Source of the DNA: Candidatus Saccharimonadales bacterium
GTDB lineage: Bacteria > Patescibacteriota > Saccharimonadia > Saccharimonadales > EFPC-124
Reading direction: 5' to 3'
Length of the DNA: 64,000 bases
Assembly (NCBI GenBank): GCA_050730875.1
Contig: JBOHNX010000001.1
Coordinates: 361,972-425,971 of the forward strand
Shown here one piece after another: positions 47,576 to 57,892 of this stretch (the stretch's first letter is position 1; every line of letters begins with the position of its first letter). Below the pieces are notes generated by a model. That model was not told where the DNA came from. It made no database searches and was given only the letters and a program-made list of their open reading frames with translations. The position numbers and the translations under genes are program-made.

Positions 47576-48469
47576 TTAATCTTCTTGCGCGAGACGCTTT
47601 TCTAGGTATGCGCGGAATTTTGGTCCGAGTTTGGGGTTGATCAGCGCATAATCGACAATTGCTTGCAGGTAACGGCCTTTGTCGCCGGCATCGTGCCACA
47701 CGCCTTCAATTACACGGCCGTATACATCTGTTTTTTGGGCAAGCTCGCCAATTGAATCACCAAGCACTAGCTCACCGCCATAGCCAACCTTTTCTTGTTC
47801 GAGGATTGGCCAGATGTCAGGGGTGAGCAGATAGCTCCCGACAGAAGCAAATGACGATGGAGCTTTTTCTGGACCTGGTTTCTCGACAAAGCCAGTAATT
47901 TTATATGTGCTGTCGTCGACCTTGCCGTTGACTACTGCGATACCAAGGCGCTTGGTGTCTTCTGGCTCTACCTCTACAAACGAAATAACACTGCTACCGG
48001 TCTTTTGGTAGGCTTCGAGTAATTGTTTCGGATATGGCACATCGCCGCGAAAAAAGTCGTCCGCAAAGATTACAAAGAAAGGTTCATCGTCATCAATTAA
48101 GTGGCGAGCATTCAAAACTGGACGTGCGTTGCCTTTTGGCGTGCCTTTTTGGCGCACGTATACAAAGTTTGCCATCTCGGCGACTGCTTTAATTTGGTTC
48201 GCCTGCTCGTCTTTACCTTTGGCGCGGAGTTCGTTTTCGAACTCATCTGAGCGGTCAAAGTGATCTTCGATTGCCCGCTTGCTGTAACCTGTCACAATAA
48301 TGACGGTTTCGACGCCTGCTGCGACAAGTTGCTCGACAATGATCTGAATGACCGGCTTGTCGACAATCGGCAGCATTTCTTTGGGCATTGCTTTAGTTTG
48401 CGGCAAAAAGCGGGTGCCCAACCCCGCAGCCGCAATAATGGCTTTGGTTGGTTGTTTCATGCGACTCAT
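47576..48469 (-). CDS. galU: UTP--glucose-1-phosphate uridylyltransferase
   Basis: AAGLGTRFLPQTKAMPKEMLPIVDKP N-terminal signature. 297 aa. Confidence 0.93.
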   Translation of the reverse strand: MSRMKQPTKAIIAAAGLGTRFLPQTKAMPKEMLPIVDKPVIQIIVEQLVAAGVETVIIVTGYSKRAIEDHFDRSDEFENELRAKGKDEQANQIKAVAEMANFVYVRQKGTPKGNARPVLNARHLIDDDEPFFVIFADDFFRGDVPYPKQLLEAYQKTGSSVISFVEVEPEDTKRLGIAVVNGKVDDSTYKITGFVEKPGPEKAPSSFASVGSYLLTPDIWPILEQEKVGYGGELVLGDSIGELAQKTDVYGRVIEGVWHDAGDKGRYLQAIVDYALINPKLGPKFRAYLEKRLAQED

Positions 48470-48477
48470 TATAAAGC

Positions 48478-49965
48478 CTAGTTGAGTTGTTTGCGTAGCA
48501 AATCGCTCACCATTCCGGGATTTGCTTTGCCTTTACTCTTTTTCATTACTTGCCCAACAAGATAGCCAATGGCTTTTGTCTGACCGGCTTTGATGTCCTC
48601 GACAGCCTTTTGGCTGGCCGGATCTGCAAGCACCTCTTCTATGATTGTTTGAAGGGCAGATTCATCGCTTTCTTGCAGCAATCCTTCTTCCTGGGCAATG
48701 TCGTGAGCCGCTGCGCCAGGATGGAGCTTCAATGTAAACAATAACTGGTCGGCGCCGTTCGAGCTGAGCTTATTTGCTTTGACCATTTCAAACACTTCGA
48801 CAAATTGTGTGGCATCTGGCAATTTACTCATGTCCTCGGAGCCTTCGGCTTTCAATTCGATGCGGTGCTTAATGTCGCGGTGCGCCAAAAAGTTTGCAGT
48901 AAACTTGGCGGCTTCGTTACCAGCTTTTTCGCTGACTTGCAGAACGGTTGGCACGTAGTTGATGCTTTCCAGCGCATCTTGCAGAATGAGCGTTTCGGCC
49001 GTGGCTTGGTCGAGACCGCTTGCTTCAAGTTCTTTACGCAGCTGCGGTGGCAATTGTGGCATAACATCACGAATTTGCTCGATTGCGTCGTCAGTTAATA
49101 CAACTGGTGGAATGTCCGGGTCGGGGAAGTAACGGTAGTCTTGAGCTTCTTCTTTGCTGCGCTGCGAAGTAGTTTTTTGCTTGGAATCGTCCCAGCCACG
49201 TGTCTCTTGGTGAATACGTTCACCTTTCTCGAGTCGCTCTACGTGACGCTTTACTTCGTACTCAACCGCGCGTTCGACAGCACGGAATGAGTTGAGGTTT
49301 TTTACTTCAACACGAGTGCCCCATTTGTCAGCATCTTTTTTAGCAACCGAAACGTTTACATCGAAACGCATATTGCCGTGTTGTAGATCACCAAGCGTGA
49401 CGCCGGCGTATTTCATCAGTAAATACAGTTCTTGCACGTAGGCTTTGGCTTCGGCTGCGCTGTGCATGTCGGCCTCAGACACAACTTCGAGTAGTGGTGT
49501 ACCGGCGCGATTAAGATCAACAAGCGTGTAGTCGGCGCCGCTTGGGTGTACCGATTTGCCTGCATCTTCCTCGAGGTGTGCTCGCGTAATGCGCACCTTA
49601 ATAGCCTTTTCACCAACTGAGATTTCTATCTCCCCCTTGCCAACAATTGGTCGATCGAGCTGAGTGATCTGATAACCTTTTGGTAGATCTGGGTAGAAAT
49701 AATGCTTACGATCAAAGCTGCTCACCTTGGCAATTTCGGCATTCAAAGCAATACCGGCCCGTACACCCAGTTCGGTAGCTTTTTCGTTTAGCACAGGCAG
49801 TGTACCCGGTAAACCAAAACAAATCGGCGACACGGTAGTGTTTGGCGCTTTGCCGCGATCGTCGTTACTGACCGCTGCAAACAGTTTTGTAGCCGTGTTT
49901 AACTGCACATGGCATTCAATACCGATGGTCGGTTCGTACATATCTAATTTCTCTTGTGTCACCAT
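48478..49965 (-). CDS. gatB: Asp/Glu-tRNA amidotransferase subunit B
   Basis: IGIECHVQLNT..KLF, NRAGTPLLEV, and a C-terminal YqeY-like domain. Confidence 0.96.
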   Translation of the reverse strand: MVTQEKLDMYEPTIGIECHVQLNTATKLFAAVSNDDRGKAPNTTVSPICFGLPGTLPVLNEKATELGVRAGIALNAEIAKVSSFDRKHYFYPDLPKGYQITQLDRPIVGKGEIEISVGEKAIKVRITRAHLEEDAGKSVHPSGADYTLVDLNRAGTPLLEVVSEADMHSAAEAKAYVQELYLLMKYAGVTLGDLQHGNMRFDVNVSVAKKDADKWGTRVEVKNLNSFRAVERAVEYEVKRHVERLEKGERIHQETRGWDDSKQKTTSQRSKEEAQDYRYFPDPDIPPVVLTDDAIEQIRDVMPQLPPQLRKELEASGLDQATAETLILQDALESINYVPTVLQVSEKAGNEAAKFTANFLAHRDIKHRIELKAEGSEDMSKLPDATQFVEVFEMVKANKLSSNGADQLLFTLKLHPGAAAHDIAQEEGLLQESDESALQTIIEEVLADPASQKAVEDIKAGQTKAIGYLVGQVMKKSKGKANPGMVSDLLRKQLN

Positions 49966-49966
49966 G

Positions 49967-50383
49967 CTAGAGCGCTCCTACATCTTTAAGGCCGGTTTTA
50001 AACCCGCGCAGGGCTTTTTCGACTACGACTCGGTTTAGTTTCACGCTGTTTTCGTGTGCCAAACGATTGCGCAGCTTGTGCGCGTACCAAATGGCATCGT
50101 TGTTCCGGAATATTTGACGCGCGCTTTTGAGTCGCTCGCCCATTGTTTCGCCGGTAATGCCTTTAGCTTTAAGTGCGTGGTCTAGCAATTTATCGGCTTC
50201 GAGCACAGCTAGTTGCCAGGCTGCCCCGCCATCGCTTTTGAACTTCTCGATTGCACGCCACTCGGCCTGATAGTACGCTCGGTCTAAGCCAGTTTTTTGG
50301 CGGCTTAGGCGCGTAATACCGGCGAGTAAAATGACGGCTGCAATCAGTACGATTGCTAAGATCGCAATCAAAATGCTATCCAC
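49967..50383 (-). CDS. Hypothetical membrane-anchored protein inserted between gatA and gatB
   Basis: The track ORF is 49967-50410. GTG 50383 is preceded by GGAGG plus 6 nt and overlaps the gatA stop by 8 nt (GTGGATAG). One TM helix, then a helical domain ending in AHKLRNRLAHE. Confidence 0.65.
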   Translation of the reverse strand: MDSILIAILAIVLIAAVILLAGITRLSRQKTGLDRAYYQAEWRAIEKFKSDGGAAWQLAVLEADKLLDHALKAKGITGETMGERLKSARQIFRNNDAIWYAHKLRNRLAHENSVKLNRVVVEKALRGFKTGLKDVGAL

Positions 50384-51794
50384 GGCTTGCCTCCAATTGC
50401 TTGGCGACACTCAGCAGCATTGCATCGCTGCGCTGCGGACCCATAAGTTGCAGGCCGATTGGGAGATTATTTCCATCCGTACCAGCCGGAACACTAAGCG
50501 CTGGCAGGCCTGCCAAGCTAGTTGGCACGGTCATAATGTCAGCCAAGTACATTTGGAGTGGATCTGCTGCGCGCTCACCTAACTTGAAAGCAGTGCTCGG
50601 CGCCACTGGGCCAATCAGCATGTCGTATGTTTCGAATGCACTGTTAAACTCATTGATAATCTTCGTGCGCACAGTTTGTGCTTTGCGGTAGTAGGCATCA
50701 ATGTAACCGCTAGAAAGCACGTAGGTGCCGATTAAAATACGGCGCTTGTTTTCGGCGTTAAAGCCTTGGTCGCGCGTGCGGCCATAAAGTTCGGCCAGGT
50801 TAGTGGCGCTGCCCGCGCTATGACCATATTTAATGCCGTCGTAGCGGCCTAGGTTAGAGCTAATTTCTGCCGGTACGACAATGTAGTACACTGCCAAGCC
50901 AAGCTCAACCGTAGGCAGGCTGACTTCTTCGACTGTGTGTCCCCGTTCGCGGAGCTGGTCGGCTTGTTTTAGTATTGCTTCGCGTACTTCTGGCTGTACC
51001 GAATCGCTCATGAATTCTTTAATGATGCCAATCTTTAGTGGTTTAAGTCGGTCGTCTGCTGGCATGTAGCTTTGGGGGCGTTCGGGCAAGGTAGTGCCAT
51101 CGAAGCGGTCTTGGCCTGCTATAACATCAAGCACTAACGCAGCGTCTTCTGCATTGTGCGCTAATGGACCGATTACGTCTGTTGAGCTTGCCATGGCTAC
51201 CACGCCAAAGCGCGAAACAGTGCCGTATGTTGGCTTAACACCTAACACACCGCAAAAGCTTGCCGGCAAACGGATGGAGCCACCGGTGTCGGTGCCCAGC
51301 GCAAAGGGCACGATATCAAGCGCAACTGCCGCGGCAGAACCACCCGAAGAACCACCTGGCACTCGGGTTGGATCCTGTGGGTTTTTAGTCGGGCCAAAGT
51401 CGCTGTTCTCGGTGGAACCACCATGTGCAAAGGCGTCGAGGTTGGCCTTTGCAACCAAAATTGCGCCCTCAGCCTCGAGCTTTTCGATTGCCGTTGCCTG
51501 ATACGGTGCTTCAAAATTCTTTAAAATATTGCTGGCGGCGGTTGTTTTGCCACCAAAGGTCAAAAAGTTGTCCTTGGCGATAAATGGTACACCAGCTAAA
51601 CGACCGACTTCCTCGCCGCGCTTCAATTTCTCATCAATTTCGTCAGCACGCTTAAATGCCCGTTCTTTTGCGACACTAATCGCCACGTTAAAATCAGCAG
51701 CTTTTTCTAACTTTTCCAGTGCTTCTTCGACAAGACGACGCGCGGTCGTTTTGCCAGCATGCAAATCGGCAATAATTTCTGTAATTGTTTTCAT
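50376..51794 (-). CDS. gatA: Glu-tRNA(Gln) amidotransferase subunit A
   Basis: Amidase signature GGSSGGSAAAVA, with the Ser-cisSer-Lys context. Confidence 0.96.
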   Translation of the reverse strand: MKTITEIIADLHAGKTTARRLVEEALEKLEKAADFNVAISVAKERAFKRADEIDEKLKRGEEVGRLAGVPFIAKDNFLTFGGKTTAASNILKNFEAPYQATAIEKLEAEGAILVAKANLDAFAHGGSTENSDFGPTKNPQDPTRVPGGSSGGSAAAVALDIVPFALGTDTGGSIRLPASFCGVLGVKPTYGTVSRFGVVAMASSTDVIGPLAHNAEDAALVLDVIAGQDRFDGTTLPERPQSYMPADDRLKPLKIGIIKEFMSDSVQPEVREAILKQADQLRERGHTVEEVSLPTVELGLAVYYIVVPAEISSNLGRYDGIKYGHSAGSATNLAELYGRTRDQGFNAENKRRILIGTYVLSSGYIDAYYRKAQTVRTKIINEFNSAFETYDMLIGPVAPSTAFKLGERAADPLQMYLADIMTVPTSLAGLPALSVPAGTDGNNLPIGLQLMGPQRSDAMLLSVAKQLEASRG

Positions 51795-52081
51795 AGGACT
51801 CTCGGGACTTTAATTGATCCATCTTTTTCATCGGGCGCATTCTGCAGCAGACCCGCTTGATCGACACCGTAATCGACTATTTCGTCTTTGCGTGTCACAT
51901 TAACCAAGCCTGTAACCTGGTAGGTTGGCTCTAGTCCGGTGGTATCAACCGAATCTAATTGTTTTACATAGCCCAAGATTGTATCGAGCTCTTTAGTAAG
52001 TTGCTCTGCCTCGGTATCGGTAATGGCAATCTTAGCCAACCCCGCCACGTAATTGACGTCATCTTTTGTAATTGTACTCAT
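51791..52081 (-). CDS. gatC: Asp/Glu-tRNA amidotransferase subunit C
   Basis: 96 aa with the VAGLAKIAITDTEAEQLTKELDTILGYV pattern. 4-nt overlap with gatA. Confidence 0.92.
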   Translation of the reverse strand: MSTITKDDVNYVAGLAKIAITDTEAEQLTKELDTILGYVKQLDSVDTTGLEPTYQVTGLVNVTRKDEIVDYGVDQAGLLQNAPDEKDGSIKVPRVL

Positions 52082-52099
52082 TGATTTTTAGTATAACAA

Positions 52100-52127
52100 A
52101 AGAGGGCGCACATCTTAACGCCCTCTT
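52100..52127 (-). terminator. Terminator after the upstream membrane-protein gene, overlapping the gatC promoter
   Basis: AAGAGGGCG (52100-52108) pairs with CGCCCTCTT (52119-52127). On the minus strand it is followed by TTGTTATACT, where TATACT is the -10 box 8 nt before the gatC ATG. Confidence 0.6.
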
Positions 52128-52139
52128 CAAAAGTTTTGT

Positions 52140-52931
52140 CTAATTGTTGAATAAATCTTCGAGATTCTTGCGGGAGTCTTCGTTGTAGCGATCCCAGAAG
52201 TCACTGGTATCATCGCGATCAGAAGGCGTTGTTGAGGCTGGCGGGTTGTGAAGCGCAACAACCGCCGTGATAAACAGGGCTATGGCCAACAGTACTCCAA
52301 GGCCGCCACCAACAAGACTAAATGTCCTGCCGTAATCGTGGCCTTTTGCCAGCTTAAACAAGTACCACCAAGTGAGCGTAAACACAATAAAGCCAACCAG
52401 GGCTGGGATGAATTGCGTGAGATACATGGCGCCGATATCTGACCCTACTACGCCAATAAGCGCGAGCGAGCTTAAGACAACCACTAGCATACTAATGAAT
52501 GCACCGACGCTCAGTATCGTTACAGCGGCGATCGCTGTGTACACGGGAACTTTGTAGGCTACGCGACTAGTGTAACCAGGGCGCTTCACCCATTCTGCGC
52601 GCGTGCGTCGGTCCAGCAATACCAGCAATGGCACAAGCACGACAAGCGCTGCAACTAGCCCAACTGCCCATAGCGCACTCAATTGCGTCGCGGCAGTGCT
52701 TATAATTGAATCACTAAGGGGACTTGCGGCGACTGGAGATGTATTGCCCATCCACATATTCAATGCGGTTACTACGCCCATGGCCAAAAGTATCGCTACA
52801 ACCACGACCAAGGCCATGTGGCCGATGTGTTCGAGTGTCAAAAAAGTTGCGCCGCTGAGTTCGCGTTTTACAAAACTACCGCCGACAGGAGTATCTGTTT
52901 GTTCTGGCGTCTGTGGTGCTTCGTCTGCCAT
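52140..52931 (-). CDS. Hypothetical polytopic membrane protein
   Basis: About 6 hydrophobic segments. ATG 52931 has GAGGGA 7 nt upstream; the track start at 52946 is GTG. Confidence 0.65.
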   Translation of the reverse strand: MADEAPQTPEQTDTPVGGSFVKRELSGATFLTLEHIGHMALVVVVAILLAMGVVTALNMWMGNTSPVAASPLSDSIISTAATQLSALWAVGLVAALVVLVPLLVLLDRRTRAEWVKRPGYTSRVAYKVPVYTAIAAVTILSVGAFISMLVVVLSSLALIGVVGSDIGAMYLTQFIPALVGFIVFTLTWWYLFKLAKGHDYGRTFSLVGGGLGVLLAIALFITAVVALHNPPASTTPSDRDDTSDFWDRYNEDSRKNLEDLFNN

Positions 52932-52982
52932 AACTGTTTCCCTCACTTATATATGACAACAGTATATCATAAGCATAAGTAT

Positions 52983-54959
52983 TTATTTGGTGGGTACTTT
53001 TGCTTTGAGCTCGGTAATGAGGTCGCGTAGTTCGGCTGCGGTTTCGAACTGCAAGTTGGCGGCGGCGAGTTCCATTTCGGCGGTTAGATCTTTAATAACG
53101 CGGCCGTATTCCTCTTTTGGAATCTTGTCGAGATCTCGCTTAACCATCTCTGCTTCTTTTGGAATAACAGCGCGCAAGCCCTCTTCGATCGCCTTTTGCA
53201 CGCCACGTGGTGTAATGCCCTGCTCTTTGTTGTACGCTTCCTGAATGGCCCGGCGACGGTTAGTTTCGTCGATAGTTTGTTGCATGCTTTTGGTAATGGT
53301 GTCGCCGTACATAATAACGTGACCTTCAACGTGCCGAGCGGCGCGTCCCACCGTTTGGATGAGTGCTGGCGCTGAGCGCAAGAAACCTTCTTTATCGGCA
53401 TCGACAATCGCAACTAAGCTGACTTCAGGCAGGTCCAGGCCTTCGCGCAGCAAGTTAATGCCGACTAGCACGTCGTACACGCCAAGGCGTAAATCGCGCA
53501 GAATATCACTGCGCTCCAGCGTGTCGACATCCGAATGCAGATAAGAGGTTTTTATATTGAGGTCACTCAGATACTCAGTGAGGTCTTCGGCCATGCGCTT
53601 GGTAAGCGTTGTTACCAACACGCGCTGATTTTTGTCGGTCGTGGCTTTAATTTCGGCAATAAGATCATCAATTTGGCCTTTGGTTGGGCGGACTTCGATC
53701 GGCGGGTCGAGCAAACCAGTTGGGCGAATTACCTGCTCGACCACTTGTTTGCTGCGCGTCAGCTCGTATTCGGCCGGCGTGGCGCTCACGTACACAACTT
53801 GGTTTACGTGGCGCTGAAATTCGGTAAACGTGAGCGGCCGGTTGTCGAGCGCGCTTGGCAAGCGAAAACCGTGCTCTACCAACACCTCTTTGCGGGCTCG
53901 GTCGCCATTGTACATACCGCGTACTTGTGGGATGCTCATGTGCGATTCATCAATAAATAGCAAGAAATCATCTGGGAAGTAGTCCATTAGCGTCGCAGGC
54001 TGCTCGCCTGGTTCGCGGTTTGTGAGGTATCGGCTGTAGTTTTCGATACCTTTTACAAAGCCGGTTTCTTCCAGCATCTCTAAGTCAAACTTAGTGCGCT
54101 GGCCCAGGCGCTGGGCTTCGAGTAATTTACCATGTTTTTCAAACCACGCCACGCGCTCTTCCGACTCCTGGCGGATTTTGCCAATGGCAATTTTGAGCTT
54201 ATCGTGCGGTGTGACGTAGTGCGAGCCGGGGAAGATGGTTGCTTGTTCCAGCTCTTTAATAATTTCGCCGGTCAGTGGATCGATATTGGTAATACGGTCG
54301 ACTTCGTCGCCAAAGAATTCTATACGATACGCAGTTTCGCTACCCGCCGGGAACACGTCGATCACATCGCCGCGTACGCGGAAAGTGCCGCGGTGAAAAT
54401 CGATGTCGTTGCGTTGGTACTGAATGTCGGTCAACCAGCGAATCAGCTTATCCTGCCGGCGCTGCTCACCTTTTTTAACGGTAATCGCCATTTCACCGTA
54501 ATCGTCGACGGAACCAATACCGTAAATGCAGCTCACACTTGCCACAATCAATACATCGCGGCGGCTCAGCAACGACGAGGTTGCCGCGTGACGCAAACGG
54601 TCGATTTCTTCATTAATTTTGCTGTCTTTTTCAATATAAGTATCGCTCGATGGCATGTAAGCTTCTGGCTGGTAGTAGTCAAAATAGCTTACAAAATAAT
54701 GCACGTCGTTGTCTGGGAAGAATTGCTTAAACTCGCCGTAAAGCTGTGCGGCTAGCGTTTTGTTATGCGCCAATACCAACGTTGGCACTTGCCGATCGGC
54801 CACAATATTAGCCATAGTAAACGTCTTACCAGAGCCAGTGACACCAAGCAGTGTCTGCTCCTTGTGACCTTTATTTAAACCATCAATAAGCTTAGTGATC
54901 GCAGTTGGCTGATCACCCGTTGGTTGGTATTCGGTTTGGAGTCTAAACTTCTGTTGCAC
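52983..54959 (-). CDS. uvrB: Excinuclease ABC subunit B
   Basis: [17 protein letters not shown] Walker A, DESH box, C-terminal UVR domain (FETAAELRD). GTG start. Confidence 0.97.
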   Translation of the reverse strand: MQQKFRLQTEYQPTGDQPTAITKLIDGLNKGHKEQTLLGVTGSGKTFTMANIVADRQVPTLVLAHNKTLAAQLYGEFKQFFPDNDVHYFVSYFDYYQPEAYMPSSDTYIEKDSKINEEIDRLRHAATSSLLSRRDVLIVASVSCIYGIGSVDDYGEMAITVKKGEQRRQDKLIRWLTDIQYQRNDIDFHRGTFRVRGDVIDVFPAGSETAYRIEFFGDEVDRITNIDPLTGEIIKELEQATIFPGSHYVTPHDKLKIAIGKIRQESEERVAWFEKHGKLLEAQRLGQRTKFDLEMLEETGFVKGIENYSRYLTNREPGEQPATLMDYFPDDFLLFIDESHMSIPQVRGMYNGDRARKEVLVEHGFRLPSALDNRPLTFTEFQRHVNQVVYVSATPAEYELTRSKQVVEQVIRPTGLLDPPIEVRPTKGQIDDLIAEIKATTDKNQRVLVTTLTKRMAEDLTEYLSDLNIKTSYLHSDVDTLERSDILRDLRLGVYDVLVGINLLREGLDLPEVSLVAIVDADKEGFLRSAPALIQTVGRAARHVEGHVIMYGDTITKSMQQTIDETNRRRAIQEAYNKEQGITPRGVQKAIEEGLRAVIPKEAEMVKRDLDKIPKEEYGRVIKDLTAEMELAAANLQFETAAELRDLITELKAKVPTK

Positions 54960-54980
54960 GCTACGGTTTATTGTAGCATC

Positions 54981-55583
54981 TTACCCGCGCGCGGATTTTT
55001 TAGGCCGTTCTTCCAGACTGCGGATGTGCCACTTGAAGTCGGCGTATTCTTTATCGAGGATTCCGATGACTTGCTTCACGATTCGCTCTGGATCGGTGTC
55101 GTAAATAATGCGAGTGTTGGCTGGCGCTGGCAGACGGTCCATGATTGACGGAATGAAATCGGCAAGGCCGCCGCTTCCAAGAAGGACGGCGCAGAGTTTA
55201 TGGCTTTCAATTGCTGTCACGAACTCATGCAAGCTTCCCATTCGCCCGCCAACAGTTATGACCGCGTCGCTAGAACGCACTAAATACACATCACGACCAA
55301 CGTAGTCCATGTTGGTGAAGTTAATGTAATCGAATTCTTTTACAGGTAGGCGGTATGATTTTACGTGTTCGCGCACAGTTGCAGCGGGCGAAAAGCCAAC
55401 CGAAAGGCCACCGTGGTCTTTCGCACCGCGTGCGGCGTATTGCGGCAGACCAATAGTTGCACCAGTCGTTAGTGTGTGACCACTTTTGGCAATGGCCGCG
55501 CCAATCGCATACGCTAAGAAGTGAGAAGATTCGACAGTCTCGCCGGCGGCCGCTCCGGAAACGCAGATTTGGTATTTACTCAT
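54981..55583 (-). CDS. TIGR00725/SLOG (LOG-like Rossmann) family protein
   Basis: ICVSGAA...GHTLTTGA...VITVGGRMGSLHE pattern (GGxGTxxE-like), typical of the LOG/DprA-like SLOG fold. Confidence 0.75.
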   Translation of the reverse strand: MSKYQICVSGAAAGETVESSHFLAYAIGAAIAKSGHTLTTGATIGLPQYAARGAKDHGGLSVGFSPAATVREHVKSYRLPVKEFDYINFTNMDYVGRDVYLVRSSDAVITVGGRMGSLHEFVTAIESHKLCAVLLGSGGLADFIPSIMDRLPAPANTRIIYDTDPERIVKQVIGILDKEYADFKWHIRSLEERPKKSARG

Positions 55584-55633
55584 GGTTTTTTGTGTTTATG
55601 ATTATCTAACTCGACTATACAACAAAGGTGGGG

Positions 55634-56881
55634 CTACTTCAACGATGCCAGGGTCTCTGGCTTGATCATGTCGTTATCTAGCTGCTGGAGCACTTGGTCT
55701 TCGAGGGTTTTGTGACCCATGTAGCGAATGAAAATTTCGTTCCAGAGGCTTTCGCGGAAGTGGTAAATGTACTGTTTGCCGTACGGGACGTCGTTTGAAT
55801 AGCTGAGGCTGATGTCCATCAGGCTGAACGTGACGGGTCGGTCGTCGTATATCTTGGCTACGAAGTCCATATCACGCCAAAACTCGAGCTCTGGGTCGAT
55901 TTCGTACAGAACCTCTTCTGCCTTGCGCCAGTGAAGATCTTCTGGCTGGACGTGTGGTTCAAAAATTTCTGGATGATATTCGGTACCCTCTAGCTTCCCG
56001 AAATAGCGCTGGATGACACGCCAATGAATATGATGCCCGGCCATAATTGGCCCGAGGTCAGGGTCGGCGTTGAGTGTTTCGACAAAAATATCACCAAAGT
56101 TTGGGCTGACTTGCTTTAGTTTGAAAAACGCCGAGTACAGGCGGATTTCGTTAAAGTAATGCAAAAGCAGCGGCAAGATTTTGAGCGTAATCCCTTTCAT
56201 GTGCGATTGGTTGATTGGCAGAATAAGAATGACGCCCAGTTCTTTAAGATGTGTAATGTTATGGCGTTTTTTGGCGATAAAATGCTCGGCAATGTCGCCC
56301 CAGCGCTCGCGGCTCATTTCGACAATTTCGATAGTACGCTTTTCGAAGTCGGTCGGCTTGAGTGTGTGATACTTGGTGTTAAATTCGCGCAGCCAATCGC
56401 TGTCTTCGGCAAAACGTAAAGCCCCATAAATTTCGGCCAGCTTTTCGCGCTTGAGCATAGAATCAACCGAACGGTACCCAAGCCGTTTCATAATATTTTT
56501 AGGTGGCATGTCGTGAAGGAATTTTTTAGCGACACTCTTTTTGATAACCCAGCAATCGCGTGGCATGTCGACGCTCTTTACTTTTTTGGCGATGAGCGGC
56601 AACATTTCATCAACGCTGTTGGGGTTACTGCCCCCGAGCGCTTGCGCAAGACGCATATCGTGCTCGGCAACTTTGGCTATAAGTGCATGGTAAAGCTCCG
56701 GGCCGGTTGTGTCAGCCGGGTCGAGCCCGAGCCGCTTGATGGCGTTGGCAATTTTTTCTTGAATTTCGCCAGCCAGCCGCGCATCAATTCCTTGCTTGTG
56801 CGTTGCTTGTTCGAGCTGCTGCAAACTTTTGGTAAACAGCGGTTCTTTGGCGGCAAGAAGTTCACTTAAAAGTCTTGACAT
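55634..56881 (-). CDS. Hypothetical protein (415 aa), no recognisable domain
   Basis: Clean long ORF, 3 nt downstream of the PfkB kinase stop. His/Trp-rich C-terminal half. Confidence 0.7.
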   Translation of the reverse strand: MSRLLSELLAAKEPLFTKSLQQLEQATHKQGIDARLAGEIQEKIANAIKRLGLDPADTTGPELYHALIAKVAEHDMRLAQALGGSNPNSVDEMLPLIAKKVKSVDMPRDCWVIKKSVAKKFLHDMPPKNIMKRLGYRSVDSMLKREKLAEIYGALRFAEDSDWLREFNTKYHTLKPTDFEKRTIEIVEMSRERWGDIAEHFIAKKRHNITHLKELGVILILPINQSHMKGITLKILPLLLHYFNEIRLYSAFFKLKQVSPNFGDIFVETLNADPDLGPIMAGHHIHWRVIQRYFGKLEGTEYHPEIFEPHVQPEDLHWRKAEEVLYEIDPELEFWRDMDFVAKIYDDRPVTFSLMDISLSYSNDVPYGKQYIYHFRESLWNEIFIRYMGHKTLEDQVLQQLDNDMIKPETLASLK

Positions 56882-56884
56882 AGC

Positions 56885-57874
56885 TTACCGCACAAGCTCG
56901 CTTACTTTTATAGGCATGTCGTGTAGTTTTGCGTGTCTATGCAAGATACCCGCCTTGGCACCAATTTGCTGGACGACCGAAGTCGCGTTAGCGCTCGCAA
57001 AGGTCACCGCTTCTTCTAAAGCTTTGCCTTGCGCGTACATGGCAACAAAGCCCGAACCAAATGCATCACCAGCACCGGTGCGATCAATCACCGGTACATC
57101 CTCGTACATGCCCGCTTCGATTACATGCTTACCATCGGTTGCAACCACGCCATTAGGCCCGTCGGAAATCACAACCGTCCGCACCAAGTGCGCGGCGTGG
57201 TGAAGCAATTCTTCCGCACTTTGACCTTCGACAATTTGCTGCATTTCATCTTTGTTTGTAATTAATACCGTCACGTCATCTAGCAGAGGGCGAAGTTTAT
57301 CGGCCTGAGCCAATTCTGCGCCAGATGGATTAAATGCAACCTGCACGCCATTTTTAGCCGCCAAGCCAAAAATTCGGTCGAGCAGTTCCATAGAACCAAC
57401 CGAAGATACGTACAGCCAATCTGCTTCAGCAATAGCATCCAGATGAATATCAGAACCATCTGGACGAAGATGATTGCCGTGGTAGCTCAGAATTGTGCGT
57501 TCGCCGGTTGGCGCGAGCAAAATGGTCGAGTAGTTGGTGCGAAAACGTTCGTCCTGATGTAAATAGCGCGTACCCACACCGTCGGCGTCGAGCTCGGCCA
57601 ATACGGCCTGCCCTGCTGGTTCGGTACCAATAACACCCATAAATTCACTATCGAGACCCTGGCGTGCGAATGCCACGGCTGCGTTCATAGCGTTGCCGCC
57701 GGTCGCAAATACGACGTCTTTTAGCCGCAGTTTTGCGCCAAGCAGCAGCTGCTCGTAATCCTTGCCGTCTTCTTCGCGACTTGGCTTAAAAATATCACCG
57801 CCAATTAAAAACACGTCTTGCGTGGCGGTTCCAATTGAAAGCATTTTTAGTGTTTTACCCATACTTGCTGGCAT
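56885..57874 (-). CDS. PfkB-family carbohydrate kinase
   Basis: GGNAMNAAVAFARQG and DRTGAGDAFGSGF (PfkB signatures 1 and 2). The start is uncertain (57874, or a downstream ATG). Confidence 0.88.
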   Translation of the reverse strand: MPASMGKTLKMLSIGTATQDVFLIGGDIFKPSREEDGKDYEQLLLGAKLRLKDVVFATGGNAMNAAVAFARQGLDSEFMGVIGTEPAGQAVLAELDADGVGTRYLHQDERFRTNYSTILLAPTGERTILSYHGNHLRPDGSDIHLDAIAEADWLYVSSVGSMELLDRIFGLAAKNGVQVAFNPSGAELAQADKLRPLLDDVTVLITNKDEMQQIVEGQSAEELLHHAAHLVRTVVISDGPNGVVATDGKHVIEAGMYEDVPVIDRTGAGDAFGSGFVAMYAQGKALEEAVTFASANATSVVQQIGAKAGILHRHAKLHDMPIKVSELVR

Positions 57875-57892
57875 TATAGCACTTATGCTTGC

